Shown piece by piece: positions 58,512 to 64,000 of a DNA stretch of 64,000 nucleotides (position 1 is the stretch's first letter; each line of letters starts with the position of its first letter). The stretch is from an uncultured Pseudobdellovibrionaceae bacterium (GTDB lineage Bacteria; Bdellovibrionota; Bdellovibrionia; Bdellovibrionales; UBA1609). Both the position numbers and the translations under genes were made by a program. The notes beneath the pieces were generated by a model, which was not told the origin of the DNA, did not search any database, and worked only from the letters and a program-made list of their open reading frames with translations. The DNA lies in the NCBI GenBank assembly GCA_963803705.1, contig CAWDNU010000003.1:333485-397484 (forward strand). The letters are read 5' to 3'.

Positions 58512-59186
58512 TTAGTTCGGATCCACAATAACTATTTCATCTTTCACATAATCATAAATTAAATTACTTGGAGACAGAGTTATTGAAATTCCAACGCTGG
58601 GGTCATCAGCTGTCATTACTAGCACGGCTATATTATCGTATTTGAGTGCTCCATGGGGAAAGATCGAAGTGGTCATCGTAGCCCTTGTCAAAATCAAACT
58701 TTGAAGTTCTAGGATGTAGGATTTATATCTGGTTAAAATAGCGCGTTTTTCAACAGCGGTTAGTTTTGATTTTTTTGTAAAGACCTCGCTTAGTGGAATT
58801 CCATAGACGTTTTCCAGAATCAAGTCAGATACCCTTGTGCCCATTTCAAAACCCACTGTACGAACGTTATGATTGGTCGAAGGTAAAGAAGACAGTAATT
58901 CTAAGGCTTTAAAATCTTGATTTGCTTGGCGTTGGTCTTGGTATCTTTTGATGACAAAATTACCAAAGTCGATATTTTCAGTCACTCTAAATACTGCACC
59001 GTTAAAGCCCGCCCCTAAAAACCAAAATGTCTTAGTTTGTCTTTAATAAGGCTTTCCATAATGTGGAGTTACCTTGCGTGTATTTAAAAGAAACATGTCG
59101 CAGAAAGTTGAAGAACCCATAGCGGGATCGTTTGAGACAAAAATTAAAAAAGCAGAGGTAAGGCATGCTTTTATGCGCACTAACAT
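58512..59186 (-). pseudogene. Signal-peptide-bearing kinase-fold gene interrupted by in-frame TAA (59043-59045)
   Basis: MLVRIKACLTSAFLIFVS...GKPY*RQTKTFWFLGAGFNGAVFRV...FVIKRY...TLSPSNLIY...IVDPN in one frame. Confidence 0.65.
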
Positions 59187-59197
59187 AATCTAAAAGC

Positions 59198-59213
59198 AGC
59201 AAGTTCTGTGCCA
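59198..59213 (-). promoter_or_regulatory. sigma54 promoter (consensus)
   Basis: Minus strand TGGCACAGAACTTGCT. Confidence 0.8.
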
Positions 59214-59251
59214 TGGAAGGAGTCTCTTTTTGCTAATTTTACTCCCCACGT

Positions 59252-59280
59252 TTGTACAAAAACGCTCTATTATATATAAT
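59252..59280 (+). promoter_or_regulatory. sigma70 promoter of recombinase
   Basis: TTGTAC-N17-TATAAT; +1 falls at about GTG 59287. Confidence 0.6.
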
Positions 59281-59286
59281 TCTAAT

Positions 59287-59862
59287 GTGTCGGATTTGGT
59301 ATTAAGTTCAAAAAAAACAAGGGTAAAACCCTACGCTTTGAATAAAAGCAAGTATCTTTTGGACTTTGAGCATGACCGACTCACTGATATTTTAAAAACC
59401 TACGAAACCAAAGATATACGAAATGTCTTGCTTCTTAACATGGCCTTAAAAACAGGGGCAAGAGCCACAGAGCTGTTAAACATTAGAAGGTCAGATGTCG
59501 ACTTGAATTCGAAGTCTGTATTTATAACAGGTATCAAAGGTAGTAATGACAGGGAGATACCTCTGGACGCCAAGTTTTTTTTAGGTCTGCAAAATTACTT
59601 AAGCTTTCAGTCACTGGGCCCACCAGAGAAAGACTTGATTTTCGGAATTTCATATCCCCGCTTGGTTCAAATCTGGCTTAATTATCGTCCCGTCCAGAAG
59701 CCATTTCATTCACTTAGACATACATTTGCCATTAGACTTTATAAAAAAACTAGAGATATCCGGTTGTTACAGTTTGCACTAGGTCACCGAAACATCGCAA
59801 ACACTATGATCTATGCAGACTATGTTTACTCTCAAGAGGAACTTCGAAAATTGATACTATAA
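59287..59862 (+). CDS. Short tyrosine recombinase (catalytic domain only); start probably GTG 59287
   Basis: TGARATELL, KGSNDREIP, HSLRHTFA, LGHRNIANTMIY (R-K-H-R-H-Y). Confidence 0.88.
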   Translation: MSDLVLSSKKTRVKPYALNKSKYLLDFEHDRLTDILKTYETKDIRNVLLLNMALKTGARATELLNIRRSDVDLNSKSVFITGIKGSNDREIPLDAKFFLGLQNYLSFQSLGPPEKDLIFGISYPRLVQIWLNYRPVQKPFHSLRHTFAIRLYKKTRDIRLLQFALGHRNIANTMIYADYVYSQEELRKLIL

Positions 59863-60025
59863 AGACAGTGGAAAAAGCTTTGGAGAGCGGCCATTGGCAA
59901 TGGTGTAAGTTTGAGTCTTTGAACATACAATTTTACTGTCTAAGAAGTTAAATTTTTTAGTAAAAACTTTCAGAGACTGTAAGCTAAGCTTTTCATATGA
60001 TTTAAATTAAGATACATACTTAAAT

Positions 60026-60556
60026 ATGTCCTATATCAACTTTATACATCTAAGCGAAGTTTCTGATAAAAAAAACTATGATTTTAAATCTTTTGATGCC
60101 ATCGGTGGCACTTCTGTTGATTTTGGGATTAAAAGATTTGAACTGAGCCTTACTATTCAGGACGCCGGGGACGGTTATTATGTGAAGGGTGCGCTTAGTT
60201 ATCTCAGAGAACTCCCCTGTACCTTGTGTAATTTATGTGCAGATTTGAATCAAGCTGTGGCGATAGACGAGTTTATTCGTATTGACCCAAGCTTCGATGC
60301 TGACTCTGAACGAGTTGCTAAAAGCGATGAGTCTGACTCATTAGTTCTGAAAACGCCCGTTTGGGATATTTTAGCTTATATCCAAGAGACCATCAGTCTA
60401 GAGGAACCTACTCAGTTTTATCCAAACGGCCAAGATTGTAAGTCGATCTGTCCCAACTACTTGGACTTGGTCAAAAAGGGAATCTTGGTTGATTCTGTTG
60501 AATCAAAAAAGAACCCAGCTTTTGAAACTCTAAAAAATTTTCAGTTCAAGGGTTGA
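60026..60556 (+). CDS. yceD: YceD/DUF177 family protein
   Basis: CxxC, I.E.I.L..P, C...CP, NPAF..LK; upstream of rpmF. Confidence 0.75.
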   Translation: MSYINFIHLSEVSDKKNYDFKSFDAIGGTSVDFGIKRFELSLTIQDAGDGYYVKGALSYLRELPCTLCNLCADLNQAVAIDEFIRIDPSFDADSERVAKSDESDSLVLKTPVWDILAYIQETISLEEPTQFYPNGQDCKSICPNYLDLVKKGILVDSVESKKNPAFETLKNFQFKG

Positions 60557-60646
60557 TTTTTAATCGAAAGACTGTGAAAACAGTGACTTCGGTTTTAGAC
60601 ATTTAATGTAGGGTCTAGACCTTGGTTTTTTCGGAGGAAGTAAGTT

Positions 60647-60826
60647 ATGGCAATGCCTAAAAGTAAAATTTCTCGTTCAAGAAGAGGTATGAGGCGCTCC
60701 CATGATGCCCTGAAGGCCCCACACGTTAACAAATGTAAAAATTGTGGAGCTCATCATAAGCCCCACCATATATGCTTGTCCTGTGGCTACTATAATGGCA
60801 AAGAAGTTGTTGCGGCAGAATTGTAA
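60647..60826 (+). CDS. rpmF: 50S ribosomal protein L32 (not in ORF track)
   Basis: Manual translation [19 protein letters not shown]...CKNCG...[18 protein letters not shown]. Confidence 0.96.
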   Translation: MAMPKSKISRSRRGMRRSHDALKAPHVNKCKNCGAHHKPHHICLSCGYYNGKEVVAAEL

Positions 60827-60858
60827 ATTTACCCTTTAAGATATTGTAAGGGGGCCGA

Positions 60859-61845
60859 GTGTTCAAATCTCAAATTAAAGGTATAGGCTCTTACCTACCT
60901 GAAAAATTACTTACTAATAAAGACCTAGAGTCCATAGTCGATACAAATGACGAATGGATCTTCGCACGTACTGGCATTTCAGAACGTCATGTAGCTGCAG
61001 AGAATCAAGCAACAAGTGACTTGGGATTAAATGCAGCAAGACAAGCTATTAAAGAAGCAGACATAGGTGTGCAAGATATTGATTTTATCTTTTTTGCAAC
61101 AACCTCGCCTGATCAGATGATGCCCAGCACAGCTTGTATTCTGCAAGAAAAATTAGGTGCAAAAAACTGCGGCGCCTTGGATATAACTGCGGCTTGTTCA
61201 GGATTTTTATATGCTCTTTCAATATCAGACCAAATGATTCGAACTGGGGCTTACAAGAATATTTTGATAATTGGAGCTGAAGTTTTAAGTCGCTTCGTAG
61301 ATTATAGTGATCGCGGTACATGTATTTTATTTGGTGACGGCGCCGGAGCAGCGGTAATATCCCGGGCGGAAGATGGCTCAAAATCTGAAATTCTTGGTCA
61401 TAAATTGGCTGCTGACGGTAGCTTGGGCGACTTGCTCTCTTTACCTGCCGGAGGTTCAAAGATCCCCGCATCTGAGACGACTGTAAAGGAAAAACTTCAC
61501 TTTATTAAAATGAATGGGCGAGAAATTTTTAAGAGTGCTGTCCGAACTATGTCTCAGTGTTCGAAAGATGTCTTAGAGTCCACGAATACCAACCCGAAGG
61601 ACATTGACTGGCTGGTCCCTCATCAAGCCAACACTCGAATCATAGAGGCTGTGGCGAAGCAGTTTGATATTGATATGGAAAAAGTCATTTTAGATATCGA
61701 AAAAATGGGAAACACATCTGCAGCTACTATTCCATGCGCCATGACTACTGCTATTGGCCTGAACAAAATCAAACGTGGTGACCTAGTTATGCTAACTGCA
61801 TTCGGCGGCGGCTTGACTAGCGCAAGCGTGCTCTTGAGGTATTGA
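60859..61845 (+). CDS. fabH: 3-oxoacyl-ACP synthase III
   Basis: AACSGF, FGDGAGA, PHQAN.RI, GNTSAA, FGGGLT. Confidence 0.96.
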   Translation: MFKSQIKGIGSYLPEKLLTNKDLESIVDTNDEWIFARTGISERHVAAENQATSDLGLNAARQAIKEADIGVQDIDFIFFATTSPDQMMPSTACILQEKLGAKNCGALDITAACSGFLYALSISDQMIRTGAYKNILIIGAEVLSRFVDYSDRGTCILFGDGAGAAVISRAEDGSKSEILGHKLAADGSLGDLLSLPAGGSKIPASETTVKEKLHFIKMNGREIFKSAVRTMSQCSKDVLESTNTNPKDIDWLVPHQANTRIIEAVAKQFDIDMEKVILDIEKMGNTSAATIPCAMTTAIGLNKIKRGDLVMLTAFGGGLTSASVLLRY

Positions 61846-61849
61846 GATT

Positions 61850-62830
61850 ATGTCAGAAGCTTTTAGTTCTCGAATTGGTTTTATACACCCGGGTCAGGGC
61901 AGCCAGTCTGTAGGTATGGGCAAATTTTTGTTCGATAATTTCCCTGAAGCTAAACTTTTATTTGAAGAAGCCTCTGACGCAATTTCTGTGAATTTAAAAA
62001 AAATATGTTTTGATGGTCCAGAATCTGAGTTGATGAAAACTGAAAATACTCAGCCGGCAATTGTGACAGTTTCGATTGCAACAATTCAGGTTCTGAAAAA
62101 CGAATTTGGTGTGAGTCCATTAGCAACAGCTGGTCATTCTGTTGGCGAATATGCCGCAGCTTATTCTGCGGGATGTATGACAGCAGCGGACGCTATTAGA
62201 GCCGTGAAATTTCGTGGACTTTTCATGCAGCAGTCCGTGCCAGAAGGTGTAGGCGCTATGGCCGCATTTATGGGACCTGATCCGAAGGAAGTTGTTGCGA
62301 TCTGTAAATGGGTTACTGAGACATCTAATCTTGGTATTTTAGAGCCAGCGAACTACAATGCCCCTGGGCAGATTGTTATAAGCGGTCATGCTTCAGCCTT
62401 ACAGTGGTTAGAAGAAAATCTTGTCGACTACCGCTGGTCTTCATTAGATGAAAAACCAAAGAGAGTTAAGTTGATTCCGCTTAAGGTCTCTGCGCCATTT
62501 CACTGTTCTTTAATGATGCCTGCTCAAGAGAAAATGAAAGATCTTCTTGCTGATATGGTAATTTCTGCACCAAAAATTCCTTTTATTCAAAATGTTAGCG
62601 CCGATGCAACCACGACAAGTGAGGATGTTGTGAATTTGTTGGTAGAGCAAATGAGCTCTTCGGTCCGCTGGATAGAGTGCACCGAGAAATTTAAAAACTT
62701 TGGTATCAATGAACTTGTTGAAGTTGGTTCAGGTCAGGTTTTAAAGGGCCTTACAAAAAAGATTTGGGCAGACCTACCCTCTTTTAAAAATACTAACAGT
62801 TTAGAAGACTTGAAATTATTCGTTAGTTAA
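61850..62830 (+). CDS. fabD: Malonyl-CoA:ACP transacylase
   Basis: PGQGSQ, TQPAI, GHSVGEY, VSAPFH. Confidence 0.96.
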   Translation: MSEAFSSRIGFIHPGQGSQSVGMGKFLFDNFPEAKLLFEEASDAISVNLKKICFDGPESELMKTENTQPAIVTVSIATIQVLKNEFGVSPLATAGHSVGEYAAAYSAGCMTAADAIRAVKFRGLFMQQSVPEGVGAMAAFMGPDPKEVVAICKWVTETSNLGILEPANYNAPGQIVISGHASALQWLEENLVDYRWSSLDEKPKRVKLIPLKVSAPFHCSLMMPAQEKMKDLLADMVISAPKIPFIQNVSADATTTSEDVVNLLVEQMSSSVRWIECTEKFKNFGINELVEVGSGQVLKGLTKKIWADLPSFKNTNSLEDLKLFVS

Positions 62831-62936
62831 GCCGAAAGTTGCTGCAAGCGAAGGCGCGGCCACATGCTTTAGCTTAACGTTTTAGCTTAACGTTATTAAC
62901 TCAACGAATTTAGCTTATTTGGGAGTCATTTAAAAT

Positions 62937-63680
62937 ATGGATTTAAAGGAAAAAAACATTTTCATAACTGGCTCTAGCCGTGGCATCGGAGCAGGAATTG
63001 CATCTAAATTGGCTACCCTTGGGGCTCGAGTGACAATAACTTACGGAAAGTCCAAAGAGCAGGCTCAAAAAGTATTTGAAGGACTACCAGGTGATGGTCA
63101 CTTGATACTTCAGATGGATATTAACGATGAAGACTCAGTAAAAGGTGCTGTAGAATTATGTCTTCAAAGTTGGAATTCCAAAATTGATGGACTTGTAAAT
63201 AACGCAGGAATAACTAGAGATCAGCTTTTGCTGCGGATGAAAAAAGAAGACTTTGACGATGTATATGCAACTAATCTCAGAGGATCATTTTTCACAACAA
63301 AGTTATTATTAAAACCCATGATTAAGAGCCGTAAAGGTTCAATAGTGAATATTTCAAGTGTTGTTGGCTCGATGGGTAATGCCGGACAAGCCAATTATTC
63401 TGCGACCAAAGCAGGGCTTGAAGCTTTTACAAGGTCGGTTGCCAAAGAAATAGGATCTAGAGGCATAAGAGTTAATGCAGTTGCTCCAGGCTTTATTCAA
63501 ACAGAAATGACTGAAAACTTATCCGAAACTCAAATAGAGTCCCTAATTAAAGGGCTTCCACTAGCCAGGCTTGGCACTGTAGATGATGTTGCTGAAAGTG
63601 TAGCCTTTTTGTTAAGCGACGCTTCAACGTATATAACTGGACACACCCTTCACGTTAATGGTGGAATGTTCATGAATTAA
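62937..63680 (+). CDS. fabG: 3-oxoacyl-ACP reductase
   Basis: TGSSRGIG, NNAGITRD, GNAGQANYSATK, VNGGM. Confidence 0.96.
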   Translation: MDLKEKNIFITGSSRGIGAGIASKLATLGARVTITYGKSKEQAQKVFEGLPGDGHLILQMDINDEDSVKGAVELCLQSWNSKIDGLVNNAGITRDQLLLRMKKEDFDDVYATNLRGSFFTTKLLLKPMIKSRKGSIVNISSVVGSMGNAGQANYSATKAGLEAFTRSVAKEIGSRGIRVNAVAPGFIQTEMTENLSETQIESLIKGLPLARLGTVDDVAESVAFLLSDASTYITGHTLHVNGGMFMN

Positions 63681-63752
63681 ATTTATATTATAATTTTTAA
63701 AATAAAAAAATAGGAGAAATTTAAAGTGTTAGAAACGAAAAACGGAGGAAAT

Positions 63753-63986
63753 ATGTCAATGGATCCAAAGATTAAGAAAATAATTGAAGATCAACTTGGT
63801 GTCGAGGCTGATAAGGTTACACCTAATGCATCTTTTATTGATGATTTAGGCGCTGACAGCTTGGATATCGTTGAGCTTGTAATGGCTATGGAAGAAGAAT
63901 TTGATATGGAAATTCCAGATGAAGACGCTGAAAAACTTAAGACTGTTCAAAATGTTATGGACTACATTCAAAGTAAAAAATCTTAA
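63753..63986 (+). CDS. acpP: Acyl carrier protein; start reassigned to ATG 63753
   Basis: [19 protein letters not shown]. Confidence 0.97.
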   Translation: MSMDPKIKKIIEDQLGVEADKVTPNASFIDDLGADSLDIVELVMAMEEEFDMEIPDEDAEKLKTVQNVMDYIQSKKS

Positions 63987-64000
63987 ATTTTTAACATACA

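Noticed and set aside
59032..59214. 60-aa ORF from the track
   Set aside because: Its ATG lies inside the sigma54 -24 element; another frame gives a signal peptide continuous with the kinase-fold region

Overview
AT-rich bacterial chromosomal window, most likely from a predatory Bdellovibrionota. This is inferred from the Agl/Glt gliding cluster, many Cys-containing secreted proteins and lipoproteins, pilin-like genes, and sigma28/sigma54 promoters. Core blocks: an LPS/GDP-mannose trio (0.4-3.4 kb), an Agl/Glt gliding operon (3.9-14.9 kb), tRNA-fMet, ffh-rpsP-khpA-rimM-trmD-rplS-rnhB-yraN, YfgM/BamB-like genes with apt, and yceD-rpmF-fabH-fabD-fabG-acpP. The most notable accessory signal is a minus-strand locus (17.4-27.7 kb). 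It combines type IV pilin-like genes with two HTTM/vitamin-K-carboxylase-like membrane proteins, a DUF547 protein, a beta-propeller, a pentapeptide-repeat protein and a CxxC protein. One pilin has an Asp/Gly tail and another is fused behind a di-iron sterol-desaturase domain, so this is a candidate pilin-tailoring system. Other signals: (2) a sigma54-driven ~100-nt GGA-hairpin RNA resembling a CsrA sponge at 15.1 kb; (3) a 1-kb interval at 40.8-41.9 kb with no long ORF but a 17-codon ORF and structured elements; (4) a perfect 70-bp inverted repeat at 37.0-37.2 kb; (5) sigma54-driven secreted proteins, including a 1544-aa membrane-inserting candidate and a stop-interrupted secreted kinase-fold gene; (6) two conserved genes lacking a canonical start codon. 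All calls are by-eye motif recognition; no searches were run.
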